A DNA stretch of 64,000 nt, taken from Candidatus Xenobia bacterium (GTDB taxonomy: Bacteria; Vulcanimicrobiota; Xenobia; Xenobiales; QWHO01). Every line of letters starts with the position of its first letter. Position 1 is the first letter of the stretch. The stretch spans positions 64,001-128,000 of the forward strand of contig BTUM01000003.1 in NCBI GenBank assembly GCA_045863235.1, read 5' to 3'. The translations under genes were made by a program, and so were the position numbers. Below, in pieces: positions 47,457 to 57,576 of the stretch. The notes beneath the pieces are model-generated. The model worked only from the letters and a program-made list of their open reading frames with translations. It had not been told where the DNA came from and did not search any database.

Positions 47457-48575
47457 TCAACCCAGCTTGGTCCCGCAGTTGGCGCAGAACTTGGAGCCCG
47501 CCGGAAGCTGAGCCTGGCAACCCGAGCAGGTCACCACGGCCGGCATCGGCGCAGGCATGGCAGTGCCGCAGTTGAGGCAGAACTTCGCCCCCTGAGGCAC
47601 TTCCGTCTTGCAACTCGGACAGGCCACCCCTGGGGCCGCCACGGCCGTCGGTGCCTGCTGCATCATGGGCTGCTGCTGCATCGGCTGTTGCATCATGGGC
47701 TGCCCCATCATGGGTTGTTGCATCATGCCGCCGTACATCTGCTGCTGCATCATCTGGGGCATCATCATCCCCATTCCCATGCCGGCTCCCATCTGCATGG
47801 CCGCGCCCCCGGCGCCCGGATTCTTGGCCATGTCGCCCATGGCGTCGGCGGCCTTGAGCTGCATGTAGTTCTGCACTCCCAGCGCTCCCATCTTGGCGCG
47901 CATGCGGAAGGCTTCCTGAATCTCCTCGGGGACCGAGATATCCTCGATGAAGAAATCCCTTAGCTCGATGCCGTACTTGGCGAAGTCGTCGCGCACCTTG
48001 ACCTTCATGGCCGCGGCCAGCTCCTCGGTGTTGGAGCGAATCTTGGCGTAAGACTCGAAGGAAGTGCCGATCAGGTCGTTGAGGCGCGTGCGCAGGCTGC
48101 CCTTGAGGAACGTGTTGAGGGCCTGGGTGGTGTAGAAGCCCTGGCCACCCACCAGCGTGTTCACGAACAGGGTGGGCTCCACGATCTTGACCGAGAAGGT
48201 GCCGAAAGCCCGCAGCTGCACCCAGCCCAGGTCGGGATCCTTCATATCGATCGGGTTGGGGGTACCCCACTTGAGGTCGGTGAAGACCCGGGTGTTGACG
48301 AAGACGACCTCGGCCGGGAACACGGTCTTCCCACCGGTGAGGAAGCCCTGCAGAATGTCGGTGATCATGGGCAGGTTGGCGGTGGAGAGCGTGTGCCGCC
48401 CCGGGCCGAACACGTCGAGCGCCTTGCCGTCGCGGAAGAAAACAGCCGCCTGGGTCTCCTGCACGATCAACTGGCCGCCAAACTTGATGTCGGCCGGCCC
48501 GTCCTCGGGCACACGCTGCACGATGGCCGCCGGGTTGTAGTCGCGCCACTCGATGACGTCGATGACTTTTGGCAT
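47457..48575 (-). CDS. SPFH domain protein with double zinc ribbon (YdjI-like)
   Basis: QLIVQETQAAVFFRDG, GPGRHTL, KWGT; C-terminal KFCxNCG twice. Confidence 0.9.
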   Translation of the reverse strand: MPKVIDVIEWRDYNPAAIVQRVPEDGPADIKFGGQLIVQETQAAVFFRDGKALDVFGPGRHTLSTANLPMITDILQGFLTGGKTVFPAEVVFVNTRVFTDLKWGTPNPIDMKDPDLGWVQLRAFGTFSVKIVEPTLFVNTLVGGQGFYTTQALNTFLKGSLRTRLNDLIGTSFESYAKIRSNTEELAAAMKVKVRDDFAKYGIELRDFFIEDISVPEEIQEAFRMRAKMGALGVQNYMQLKAADAMGDMAKNPGAGGAAMQMGAGMGMGMMMPQMMQQQMYGGMMQQPMMGQPMMQQPMQQQPMMQQAPTAVAAPGVACPSCKTEVPQGAKFCLNCGTAMPAPMPAVVTCSGCQAQLPAGSKFCANCGTKLG

Positions 48576-48576
48576 G

Positions 48577-49077
48577 CTACTGAACTCCCTTCAGGATGCG
48601 GTCGCGCTCGTCGAGCCTGGTATCGAGCGCCTGCACGTTCTGCTGCAGCTCTCCGAGCAGGCCACCCGGATCGGCCGAGCCGGTCAGGCTGTTGACGGTG
48701 CTCTCGAGCACGGTGATCAGGTTGATCAAGCCCAGATCGTGCTCATAGACGGCCTGCAGCTCAGCTTCGTTGACCTCGTGAGCGTCGAAGAAGCCGGCGT
48801 AGCCATAACTGGCGTGGCCAATGCGCTCCACCACGCGGTCGAGCTTGTTGCCCACCTTGTCGAAGCGCTCCACCAGCGAGAGGTTGCCAGAGGCCAGCAT
48901 GTCCTCCTGGGCGGCCTGCATCTTGCGCTTGATGGTGCCCAGCTGTTTGGCCATGAAATCGCGCTGAAGCTTATCGGCGTCGCGCCGGCGCTCGCGGTCG
49001 AGATAACCGGAAAAGCCCGGTATGCTGCGCATGAGGCGCTCTAAAGTGCCTTCCTGAGGCGACTGAAGGTCGGTCAT
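48577..49077 (-). CDS. conserved hypothetical helical protein in operon with SPFH gene
   Basis: IPGFSGY...RRDADKLQR, GYAGFFD; GGAGG SD. Confidence 0.75.
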   Translation of the reverse strand: MTDLQSPQEGTLERLMRSIPGFSGYLDRERRRDADKLQRDFMAKQLGTIKRKMQAAQEDMLASGNLSLVERFDKVGNKLDRVVERIGHASYGYAGFFDAHEVNEAELQAVYEHDLGLINLITVLESTVNSLTGSADPGGLLGELQQNVQALDTRLDERDRILKGVQ

Positions 49078-49213
49078 TCGTTCCTCCTCCTGGAGATTCC
49101 CAAGCGCACGGGTTGAGCGTTACGTGCTGCTGGTCTTGCCTGCCTCCGTCGGCGCCCGTTCCTGCAAAACCTTGAGCACTCCACTTCAAGATGCGCGACA
49201 ATGTATACGCTGC

Positions 49214-51229
49214 TCAGGCGGTTACGGCCTGCTCGGCAGAGGCAATCGGAGCGTGAGTTGCTCCGTTGTCCGGGTGAGCCTGCGGGAGCGCCGGCCAGAA
49301 GCGCTTCAGGAAACGTGCCAGGGCCACGACGACCAGAGCCGCCAGAAGCCCGATAGCCCAGCCCACCAGCAGGCCCAGAAAGGTGCGCACCAGGGACACA
49401 GCCACGGGGGTGTGCAGGTGAGCGAAAGTATCCACCAGGCTGGCCTGGCCCACGGCTGCGGCCACGAGGGCCAGCCACACGAGCCGACGCCAGCCCACCC
49501 AGAGCAGCACCGGAGCCAGCATCATGGCCGGATGGCCCAGCACGAACTCCTTGAAGCGCGGGCGCACTCCCATGACGGCGTCCAGAAAGCGGCGCAGGGC
49601 CCGCTCCATCTCCATGGCCGCTCCTTCCGAACCGGGAGCGCCCACGTTGCCGGTGCGCAGCACATAGAGCAGGCCCAGCATGGCCAGCAACCCGAGTCCG
49701 AGGGCGTGCCACAGCTTGAGATCGAGGTTGAGCACCTGCATCAGCTCCTTGCGACCTCCCAGCCGGGCCACATAGAAAGCCAGCACCGCCAGCGGCACGG
49801 CCAGGCTCAGCAGCTTGACCCCGCGAAAGAGCGTCAACCCGAGCAGGACGGGCGTTTCGTAGAGCAAAGCGGCCGACATCAGGGCTCCGGCCAGGGAAAT
49901 CATGGTCACCCGGATCGTCAGTGCCATCGAGCCGCTCAGCACCGAGCCCAGTGATCTGCGCGCCCCCACCGCCTCCAGGAAGGGGAAGCTGACCACCATC
50001 CCCAGCACCGGCAGGGCGATGGACGAAAGCAAGCAGAGCAGCAGTCGACCCACCGGTGGCAGGCCCAGGAAGCTCCAGGCCGCCACGCCTCCGGCTCCCA
50101 GGCCGATCAGGCCGTAGACCAGAGTGGGCCTCAGAGGCACAACCTCGAGCAACAACAGGAAGGCCCCGGACAAGATCCCCATGCTCACCAATCCCAGTCC
50201 CAGGGCCAGCAGAGGGCCGGGGCGCTGGTCCGAGAGAGGGAAGGTGGAGGCCAGCCCGGTACGGCCGGCCAGCTCCTGACTCAACCCCTGGATCAGGGCC
50301 TGGTTGGTAGCGGTCAGATCGCCCACCTCGCGCCAGGGGGCCGTGTAGGGGCGCAGATAGAGCAGGCGCAGATTGCGCTCGCGCGCCCCCAGACTGTACA
50401 TCGAAACCACCGTCTCGGGCATCAGGCGGGCCTGGTGGGCCGGCACCACGGCCATCACGCGCACCACCCGGTGGGGGATGGTGCGGGCCACGGTCTGGAT
50501 GCCTTTCTGCTGCACCTCGGGTGAGAGCTCCACATAGCCCACCCGCAGGTTGTGGGCGTCGAGCCAGAGGGCAGCCTCCTTCAGCTCGCGCGGATAGCCC
50601 ACCGCCTCGTTGGGCAGTCCGCCGAAAATCACCCCGCGCACGTTGCGGATGTCCGTCAGGTTCTCCAGAATCCGGGTGGCCGGGATGGGCTTGTTCTCGG
50701 GCCGCAGCCACAGCTGCCAGCCCTGATCGGCCAGGGCGTTGAGCCGCTCGGGCAAGAAACCGAGCCCCATGCCGCGCAGGGTGGGCAGATCGATGGCCAC
50801 ATCCAGCACCATCCCGCGGCTCTGCACACGCTCCTTGCCCAGGGCCAGGGTCAGGTTGCGCTCGATGGCCGCCCGCTCGCCCTCCTGCTCGAAGACCAGG
50901 TAGACGTGGCCGGGACGGGCCGCCACGCTCACCTCGCTCAGGGCGCGCAATTGCAGCCCGTTGAACACCCGGGCCACACCTTCGAGCTCGAGGTCGTCCA
51001 GGGTCCATTCGGGCACCGCCAGCGAGCTCACGCCCAGCGAGCGATAGTGAGCGAGCAGGTCTCGCCCGTGCTCTTCCTGACCGGTGGCCCGGGCCAGGTC
51101 GATGACCGCCTGGTAGTCGAGCAGCAGCTCGGTGCTGCGGTTGAGCTCTTCGAGGTGGTGGCGGCGCACCAGCAGGGCGCCGGCGGCCACCAGGCCGACC
51201 AGCAAGAAAACCCAGAGGGTGCGTTTCAG
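49214..51229 (-). CDS. DUF5693-like membrane protein
   Basis: ERNLRLLYL, FRGVKL, RTGN, RPRFKEF..GHP, DTFAHLHTP; probable CTG start at 51229. Confidence 0.8.
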   Translation of the reverse strand: MKRTLWVFLLVGLVAAGALLVRRHHLEELNRSTELLLDYQAVIDLARATGQEEHGRDLLAHYRSLGVSSLAVPEWTLDDLELEGVARVFNGLQLRALSEVSVAARPGHVYLVFEQEGERAAIERNLTLALGKERVQSRGMVLDVAIDLPTLRGMGLGFLPERLNALADQGWQLWLRPENKPIPATRILENLTDIRNVRGVIFGGLPNEAVGYPRELKEAALWLDAHNLRVGYVELSPEVQQKGIQTVARTIPHRVVRVMAVVPAHQARLMPETVVSMYSLGARERNLRLLYLRPYTAPWREVGDLTATNQALIQGLSQELAGRTGLASTFPLSDQRPGPLLALGLGLVSMGILSGAFLLLLEVVPLRPTLVYGLIGLGAGGVAAWSFLGLPPVGRLLLCLLSSIALPVLGMVVSFPFLEAVGARRSLGSVLSGSMALTIRVTMISLAGALMSAALLYETPVLLGLTLFRGVKLLSLAVPLAVLAFYVARLGGRKELMQVLNLDLKLWHALGLGLLAMLGLLYVLRTGNVGAPGSEGAAMEMERALRRFLDAVMGVRPRFKEFVLGHPAMMLAPVLLWVGWRRLVWLALVAAAVGQASLVDTFAHLHTPVAVSLVRTFLGLLVGWAIGLLAALVVVALARFLKRFWPALPQAHPDNGATHAPIASAEQAVTA

Positions 51230-52269
51230 GGCTGCTTGTCCCCCTCAGGATGGTCAGGACGGGTCAGATCGTGGGGATCTTCCCCCTCCTCGGTGGCCGC
51301 CTTCATGTCGGCCACGAAGGCCCGGGCCGCCTCGATAGCTGCCTTGCTGGCCTGCTTGCGAATCTGGGTCGGGGCGGCGTGGGTGTGCTCGTAGTAGAGG
51401 CGGGCCGCTTCCCCCACGGCCCAGGTGCCCGAGTAGGCCACCCCGGCTTTGAAGGCCCAGCCAGCTCCCGGCACGACCCCCACCAGTTCGCGGGCCAGGG
51501 CGCGCCACCCGAAGGCGCTGCCCACCACCGGCCAGAGCTCGCCGACCCGGTCAAAAAAGTCGATCGAGCGCCCGTACAGGGCCGCCATCAGCAAGCAGAG
51601 GCGAAGCTGCGAGGCGGTGATCACCAGCGTCTCGCCGGCCGTGGCCAGCAGGGTGATCAGAAAGCCCACCGCCGGGATGGACGAGGTCACGCTGGAAGCC
51701 GCCGCCAGCAGCGCGTTGCGAGCCGCCGTGCGACCCATCATGCGACGGGCGCACTCGAAGCGCACCCGGGGAAAGTCCCGGGCCAGGCGGATGGAGAGAT
51801 CGGGGAAAGCCTTCAAAACCAGGCGGCACAGCTGGGGCGATGCTTTGGATGCCTCCAACACGTGCACCGAGGGCAGGGTGGTATCGGGCCCGTCTGCACC
51901 TTCGGGTTTGGGCGTCTTCAGGCCCTCGCGCACCCACAGGCAGTTGACACCCAGCGGGATCTTCTCAGCGATGGCCCGCAGCTCCTCATCCGGGCGCTCC
52001 TCCGAGCCCAGGTGCACGATGGCCGAGCTGCATTCCTTGAGCGAGTCGTGATCGCTCTCCTGGAGAGGCAGGCGGAAGTAACGCACCTCCTCGGCGGGCG
52101 GATCTTGCCCGGCCTCCAGAGGCGCTCCCCCCAGCATGTGGCGCACCATTTCGGGATGCTCCCCCTCTCCGATCAGGGCCAGCAGATACTCCTGACCCAT
52201 GCCCTCCTGAATTTTGCTCAAGGAGTAACGCGCGCGATAAACCTGGTAAAGGATCTCGAAGGTGTTCAT
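51226..52269 (-). CDS. DUF697-like protein
   Basis: C-terminal RALARELVGVVPGAGWAFKAGVAYSGTWAVG. Confidence 0.65.
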   Translation of the reverse strand: MNTFEILYQVYRARYSLSKIQEGMGQEYLLALIGEGEHPEMVRHMLGGAPLEAGQDPPAEEVRYFRLPLQESDHDSLKECSSAIVHLGSEERPDEELRAIAEKIPLGVNCLWVREGLKTPKPEGADGPDTTLPSVHVLEASKASPQLCRLVLKAFPDLSIRLARDFPRVRFECARRMMGRTAARNALLAAASSVTSSIPAVGFLITLLATAGETLVITASQLRLCLLMAALYGRSIDFFDRVGELWPVVGSAFGWRALARELVGVVPGAGWAFKAGVAYSGTWAVGEAARLYYEHTHAAPTQIRKQASKAAIEAARAFVADMKAATEEGEDPHDLTRPDHPEGDKQP

Positions 52270-52344
52270 CGGGGCAGATTTCCCGCTCTCTGGTCAGTAC
52301 CCTGCGCCCTCGAGCTGAAAGCCGCCAATGCTGGACCTGCACGA

Positions 52345-53214
52345 CTACCTTGCCTCCAGACAACCTTCCAGCGCCCGGCAGGCCTCCAGCAGGCGCTGGG
52401 CACAGACCCGGTGGACCGGATCATCGGAGTAATCCCCCGTGGGCCACTCGGGCGGAGCGTCCACCCCGTGCATGCGTCCGGCCAGCGTTTTCAGCCCCTG
52501 GGCCACCTGCGGCAGAAAACCCGTTGGGTCAGGCGCCTGCGAAAGGATGTAGAGATAGCGGAAGGCGCGCCGCTCGGCGATCATGAAGCGCTCGAACTCC
52601 TCCGGGCCCAACAGCTCTCCCTCCATGCGCGCCTCCGGGGCCAGCTTGCGCTGCTCGGAGAGGCTGGACACGATGCGGGCCTCGAGGGCCTCACTGGGAC
52701 CCGACTCGCGGGCCATCTCGGACAGATCTTCCAGCACCGCGGCGAGGGAGCGCCGCAGGCGGGTGCGAGCGTGGTCGGGCAGCACGAGCTGTGAGACGAT
52801 CAGCACCACCCCCAGGCCCAGCACGATCTGGAGCACTCGCTTGAGAGCAAAGAACAGGTCGCTGGTGGGCTCGAGGAGCACCATGACCAGGGTCACCGCC
52901 GCCATCACGCCCACGTAGCTCTGGTCGGGTCGGGCCGAGAGGGCGCCGAAGGCGAGCAGGGCGGGCAAGGAGCAGAGAAGTCCCCACTCGCGCTGCTGGG
53001 GGAACAGGGCCAGCAAGGCCATGGCTACGGCCGCTCCCAGCACGGTGCCCGAGAAGCGCTGCAGGGACTTTCGCACGATTCCGCCCGTGCGTGACTCGGT
53101 GCACAGCACCATGACCACGGTGATGACCACCCAGGTGCTCCCCTGCAGGTCGAGCGCGATCGAGAGCAGATAGCCGAGGGTGGACCCGACAGCGATGCGC
53201 AGGCCGGTGCTCAT
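52345..53214 (-). CDS. FUSC-family membrane protein
   Basis: W..ITV..V, RFSGTVLGA, R..QIVLG...VLP motifs. Confidence 0.8.
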   Translation of the reverse strand: MSTGLRIAVGSTLGYLLSIALDLQGSTWVVITVVMVLCTESRTGGIVRKSLQRFSGTVLGAAVAMALLALFPQQREWGLLCSLPALLAFGALSARPDQSYVGVMAAVTLVMVLLEPTSDLFFALKRVLQIVLGLGVVLIVSQLVLPDHARTRLRRSLAAVLEDLSEMARESGPSEALEARIVSSLSEQRKLAPEARMEGELLGPEEFERFMIAERRAFRYLYILSQAPDPTGFLPQVAQGLKTLAGRMHGVDAPPEWPTGDYSDDPVHRVCAQRLLEACRALEGCLEAR

Positions 53215-53256
53215 GGCCGGGGGGGTTCGGCCCCGGGCTCAGCGAACCTCGCGGGC

Positions 53257-53736
53257 ATGGACGACAACAAGCGCCGCGACTTCATCCTGCATGTCATCCA
53301 GCCCGGCCTGGCCGGACTGATGGACGGTTCGGTCTCTTCCCTGGCCCCGCTCTTCGCGGCCGCCTTCTCCACCCAGGACAGCCGCACCACCTTCCTGGTG
53401 GGCCTGGCCACGGCCGTAGGGGCCGGCATCAGCATGGCCTTCTCGGAGGCCCTCTCCGACGACGGCAAGCTGAGCGGCCGCGGGAGCCCCTGGGTGCGGG
53501 GACTGGTCTGCGGAGGCATGACCTTCCTGGGCGCCGTGGGCCATACCCTGCCCTTCCTGCTCTCGGATTTCCGCACCGCCATGGTCGCCGCCATCACCGT
53601 GGTGGTGCTCGAGCTCTTGATCATCGCCTGGGTGCGCCACCGCTACATGGATACCCCGCTGGTCTCGGCCGCGCTGCAGATCATCCTGGGCGGGGTGATC
53701 GTGTTCGGAGCGGGGATCCTGATCGGGAGCAGCTGA
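53257..53736 (+). CDS. VIT1/CCC1 family transporter
   Basis: QPGLAGLMDGSVS, GISMAFSEALSDDG. Confidence 0.85.
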   Translation: MDDNKRRDFILHVIQPGLAGLMDGSVSSLAPLFAAAFSTQDSRTTFLVGLATAVGAGISMAFSEALSDDGKLSGRGSPWVRGLVCGGMTFLGAVGHTLPFLLSDFRTAMVAAITVVVLELLIIAWVRHRYMDTPLVSAALQIILGGVIVFGAGILIGSS

Positions 53737-53751
53737 GCGCAGGCCCCCAGC

Positions 53752-54516
53752 TCACCTGAGCTGGGAAGCCAGCCAGCGGAACAGGCCCAGCATGTCCAGG
53801 GCCGAGAGGACGACCACGCCCACCACCACCCGGTGCACCAGACGGGCGCCGTGCTTTTGGGCCACCCGGGCGGCCACCCAGGCGCCCGGCATGCTGCCCA
53901 GGCCCAGCACCACCCCCACCAGCCAGTCCACCTGGCCGTGGGCGACGAAGACCCACATCGACAGGGCCGTGAACCAGAGCACGATCCAGTTCTTGACCCC
54001 GTTGGCCCGCACCAGGTCGGTGCCCAATCCCAGCACCAGCCCCGCCAGGAGAAAGATGCCCACCCCCCCCTGGATGAACCCACCGTAAACCCCGATGGCA
54101 AAAAACAACAGCGCGTGGTACCAGCGCCAGGGACGCGGAGCGTGGGTGGTCCAGGCCCTGGGATTGAGCAACATGAAGGGCACCAGCAACAGCATCAGGA
54201 CCGCCAGGCTGAAGGTCAGGTGGCGCGCGTCCATGCGAGCGGCCAGCTCGGCTCCGCCAAAGGAGCCCAGGATGGCCCACAGAGTGGGCCAGAAGGCGCG
54301 GCCCAGCTCCAGATTGCCCTGGCGGCGGAAACTGTAGACCGCCACCACGTTCTGCATCAGCACCGAGATACGGTTGGTGCCGTTGGCCAGGTGCACGGGC
54401 ATGCCCAGCCAGAGCAAGAGCGGGAGCGTCAACAGCGAGCCGCTGCCGGCCAGCGTGTTCACGAAGCCGGCCATGAATCCCACGGCCACCAGCGCCGCCC
54501 AGTGAGCGAGGGTCAT
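53752..54516 (-). CDS. TauE/SafE sulfite exporter family
   Basis: AGSGSLLTLP, ANGTNR, YGGFIQ.G.G motifs. Confidence 0.9.
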   Translation of the reverse strand: MTLAHWAALVAVGFMAGFVNTLAGSGSLLTLPLLLWLGMPVHLANGTNRISVLMQNVVAVYSFRRQGNLELGRAFWPTLWAILGSFGGAELAARMDARHLTFSLAVLMLLLVPFMLLNPRAWTTHAPRPWRWYHALLFFAIGVYGGFIQGGVGIFLLAGLVLGLGTDLVRANGVKNWIVLWFTALSMWVFVAHGQVDWLVGVVLGLGSMPGAWVAARVAQKHGARLVHRVVVGVVVLSALDMLGLFRWLASQLR

Positions 54517-54543
54517 CTTGCAGGCCCCGTCGAAGGGGCCGCC

Positions 54544-55278
54544 ATGCTACGCCTGATCACCATGCCTCCCAGTCACTTCTCCGAAAAGGCCCGCTGGGCC
54601 CTGGACCGCTCCGGACTTCCCTACGTGGAGGAGCGCCACGCTCCCCTCTTCCACCGCTTCGCCCTCAAGTTGGTGGGGGCCCGCAACACCGTGCCCGCCC
54701 TGGTCACCGACAGCGGCACCCTGAGCGATTCGTGCGAGATCCTTCGCTACGTGGACGCCAACTCAGCCTTCAAGCTCTACCCCGAGGGAGAGCTGGGCCA
54801 AAAGGTGGGAGAGTTCGAGCAGGAAGTCAGCAGCAAGTTCGGACCGGCCATTCCGCGCTGGGCCTACTTCTACATCATCCCTCACCGCTCGCTGTACGTG
54901 CGTATGTGCTGCCAGGGAGCGCCCGGCAAGGAGCGACTGGCCTTCGGGATGATGGCTCCCATCATCGGGCTGGGCATGAAGAAGGGGCTGAACATCAACC
55001 GCGAGGCGGCGGACCGGGCCACCGCTCGCATCCAGGAGTATGTGGACAAGGTCAGCGAGATGCTCGCTGACGGCCGTCGGTACCTGTTTGGGGATCAGTT
55101 CACGGCCGCCGACCTGACCTGGGCCGCGCTGGCCGCTCCCCCCACGGGAGCGACCGGATTTCGAGGCAGCACCGCCACCGAAGCGGAAGTTCCGGCTGAG
55201 ATGCGCTCTCAGGCGGAGAAGTGGCGCGACACCCCGGCCGGGCAGTTCGTGCATCGGATGTACCGCGAGCACCGCTAG
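54544..55278 (+). CDS. glutathione S-transferase family protein
   Basis: SHFSEKARWALD, TVP.L, DS.EI, YLFGDQFTAADL. Confidence 0.9.
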   Translation: MLRLITMPPSHFSEKARWALDRSGLPYVEERHAPLFHRFALKLVGARNTVPALVTDSGTLSDSCEILRYVDANSAFKLYPEGELGQKVGEFEQEVSSKFGPAIPRWAYFYIIPHRSLYVRMCCQGAPGKERLAFGMMAPIIGLGMKKGLNINREAADRATARIQEYVDKVSEMLADGRRYLFGDQFTAADLTWAALAAPPTGATGFRGSTATEAEVPAEMRSQAEKWRDTPAGQFVHRMYREHR

Positions 55279-55365
55279 GGCGCCGCGCGTTGCCGCGGCG
55301 CCGCTCAACGGATTGTCTACACTCCCGCGCGTTCCAGTCCTGAACAGGTCAACGCGCGGGAGTGT
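55276..55365. repeat. paired-hairpin element, copy 1
   Basis: GGCGCCGCG hairpin plus 15-bp stem ACACTCCCGCGCGTT/AACGCGCGGGAGTGT (55319-55365). Confidence 0.9.
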
Positions 55366-55394
55366 CACCCGGGTCGTCTTTTTGGGCCAGGTGG

Positions 55395-57419
55395 TCAGGG
55401 CGTCTTCGTTCTCAAGACGACCCCGCCCACCCGCAGTTGGCCCTCCTGCACCTCGAGCGCGCTGGCCGTTCCGGCCGAGCGCAGCAGGTCGTCCGGGCTG
55501 CGGCCCAGGGCCAGCGACTCCAGAGCCGAGCGCAGGGCGGCCGGGAAGGCATCCCCCGGGTAGGCCTGCTTGAGCTCGGTGAAAACTTCCGTGGCGCGCT
55601 CCTGGTGACCGTCCGGGGTCAGGTGCTCGAGCAAGAGCAGGAAGTCTTTGAGGTCTTGCTCGGTCTTGACCTGGGCGAAGACGGCCCGGGCCTGGGACGC
55701 CTGGCGGCTGGGCACCAGGCCCTCCACCAGCTTCAGGTAGCGCTCGGCGGCAGGGGCGGCCGCCTCCCCCGGGCCGGCGCCCGAGACCAGGGCGGCCAGA
55801 TCTGCTTCCGGCTTGACCCCTTCGTAACGACCCAGGCGCTCCACGGCCTGGCACAGGACGGCGGCATCCCAGCCCCGCAGCTCGGCCACCGTCATGGCCG
55901 GCACGTGCTCGGTGCCCCCGTTGAGGAGGGCCAGGTCGGCCACCTTCTTGTAGGCCGACAAGGTGCGCTCCAGGTCGTGCTCGGCCAGAAGCTTGTAGTC
56001 GCGCTCGACCGAGTAGGTCGAAATGGAGAAGCCGTCCAGCTTCTCGCTGGCCGCCAGGCGGGTCAGCAGTTCGACCCGACCGGCCACCTCGCTGGCATTC
56101 ATGGGCTTGTCCAGCAGGGCCAGCAGAGTGCGCGCGTCGCGCGCACCGGCGCGGCGCGCCAGCGTCTGGAAGTGTCGGCTGCGCTCGGGCAGAGGCAGAG
56201 CCCACAGCCCCTGGCTGTGCTTGGAGCTGTCCAGGAACTCCAGGCTCTCCGGGGCTTCGCTCTGGAAGCAACCCACCAGCTCGATGAGGGTGTCCACGCG
56301 ATCGGTCTTCTTCTGATCCAGAAGCTTGCCGAACTGGGCTGCCGCGAACTGGCCTGGCTGACCATTGGAGAGCGAGCGGGCGTGGGGAATCGAGGCCTCC
56401 ACCAGGCGCATCAGGTCTTTGACGTCGCAATCCGGACGCTGGGCCGTGGCCAGCACGCTGGCGGCATCCGTCCCGCTCAGCCGACCTGACTTGACCAGCG
56501 GAACCAGGATACGGTCAGCCAGCTCGCAGGCTGGCCGGGCCCTCTCCAAAGCCCCCTGAACCGCCTCGGCGCTGGCCTCATTCAAGCTCGCCACGGGGAT
56601 CTTCTGGTAGAAGAGGTTGACCTTGTTTCTGCCATGGAGCGCGTTGTAGGTCGCCTCCGCATCCTCGACCCAACCCTGCGCCTGCAGGTCGCGCAGCGAC
56701 TGGCCAAAATCGGCGTCGCTGAGCGAGCGCGGATCGTGGGTCACGTGGAAGAAGTCCGCCTTCTGGTAGTGGTCGGGCTTGTGGTTCCAGCCCCCCAGCC
56801 GGGTGGGCCCCTTCAGCTCGGTGCTGCGATAGCTCGCGGAGTGAGCCGCTTCGAAGGCCTCCAGGCGCGAGAGCTTCTTCTTGTCCTCGACCACCTCGTA
56901 GCCGTGGTCATACAGGTTGCGCAGGCTGTTCTCGGTGGGCCCGGTGGGATCGGCCCTGAAGTAGAGCGTGTCCAGGGCGGCCAGGGTGGCGATCGAGCGG
57001 ATCTTTGTCGGGCTCGACTCGCCCGGAGGCTGGCAGAGCAGGTTGTCGATCTGACGAGGGTTGGCCGTCACTTTGTCCAGGGCCTCGCCGGGCGTCAGAT
57101 CCTGGTAAGCGCTTCCGTTCCACTGGCGGCCCAACCAGCTGCGCTCGGCCAGAAACTTGCCCCCCTCGGCCTGCACCTGCTGAAGCTGGGCCAGCAGCCC
57201 CTTGCGCTGCTCGGCCGAGAGCACCACCCCGGTCGGCCCTGGAGTCTGCCTGGCCGAAAGAAATCCGGCCGTCGCCAGCGAGCTCCACAGCCAGGCCCTC
57301 GAGCTGGATCCGGTGCCGGACAGGCTGACCTGATCGCCGCTGGCGGGGCTGCTGGCCGTCGGCACGGCCGCCCGGGGGCGGCTGAAAGGCACGCAGTGAC
57401 TCAGAGGGGTGACCCGCAT
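55395..57419 (-). CDS. orphan protein with DQVSLS N-terminal motif and C-terminal VGGV motif
   Basis: 674 aa; starts MRVTPLS...GDQVSLSG; ends LEVQEGQLRVGGVVLRTKTP. Confidence 0.85.
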   Translation of the reverse strand: MRVTPLSHCVPFSRPRAAVPTASSPASGDQVSLSGTGSSSRAWLWSSLATAGFLSARQTPGPTGVVLSAEQRKGLLAQLQQVQAEGGKFLAERSWLGRQWNGSAYQDLTPGEALDKVTANPRQIDNLLCQPPGESSPTKIRSIATLAALDTLYFRADPTGPTENSLRNLYDHGYEVVEDKKKLSRLEAFEAAHSASYRSTELKGPTRLGGWNHKPDHYQKADFFHVTHDPRSLSDADFGQSLRDLQAQGWVEDAEATYNALHGRNKVNLFYQKIPVASLNEASAEAVQGALERARPACELADRILVPLVKSGRLSGTDAASVLATAQRPDCDVKDLMRLVEASIPHARSLSNGQPGQFAAAQFGKLLDQKKTDRVDTLIELVGCFQSEAPESLEFLDSSKHSQGLWALPLPERSRHFQTLARRAGARDARTLLALLDKPMNASEVAGRVELLTRLAASEKLDGFSISTYSVERDYKLLAEHDLERTLSAYKKVADLALLNGGTEHVPAMTVAELRGWDAAVLCQAVERLGRYEGVKPEADLAALVSGAGPGEAAAPAAERYLKLVEGLVPSRQASQARAVFAQVKTEQDLKDFLLLLEHLTPDGHQERATEVFTELKQAYPGDAFPAALRSALESLALGRSPDDLLRSAGTASALEVQEGQLRVGGVVLRTKTP

Positions 57420-57425
57420 GGGGCC

Positions 57426-57456
57426 AGCCTAGTCGCTCATGCTTAAGAATTCCTGA
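57426..57456 (-). promoter_or_regulatory. shared upstream box plus -10 of tagged gene 57419
   Basis: Minus strand TCAGGAATTCTTAAG-N10-TAGGCT-N6-ATG. Confidence 0.6.
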
Positions 57457-57530
57457 TAGCCTTGCAACGTCGCGGTTCCGGATTGGAAGCCGCCCTGGAG
57501 GATCAGATTGCAGCCACCCGAATCCTCTGG

Positions 57531-57575
57531 CAGAGTGATGCAAAAGCTCTCAAAGAGGGCTTTTGCATCAGCCTG
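57531..57575. repeat. short palindrome resembling IS-derived terminal inverted repeats
   Basis: TGATGCAAAAGC-N11-GCTTTTGCATCA followed by GCCTGCTAA. Confidence 0.55.
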
Positions 57576-57576
57576 C

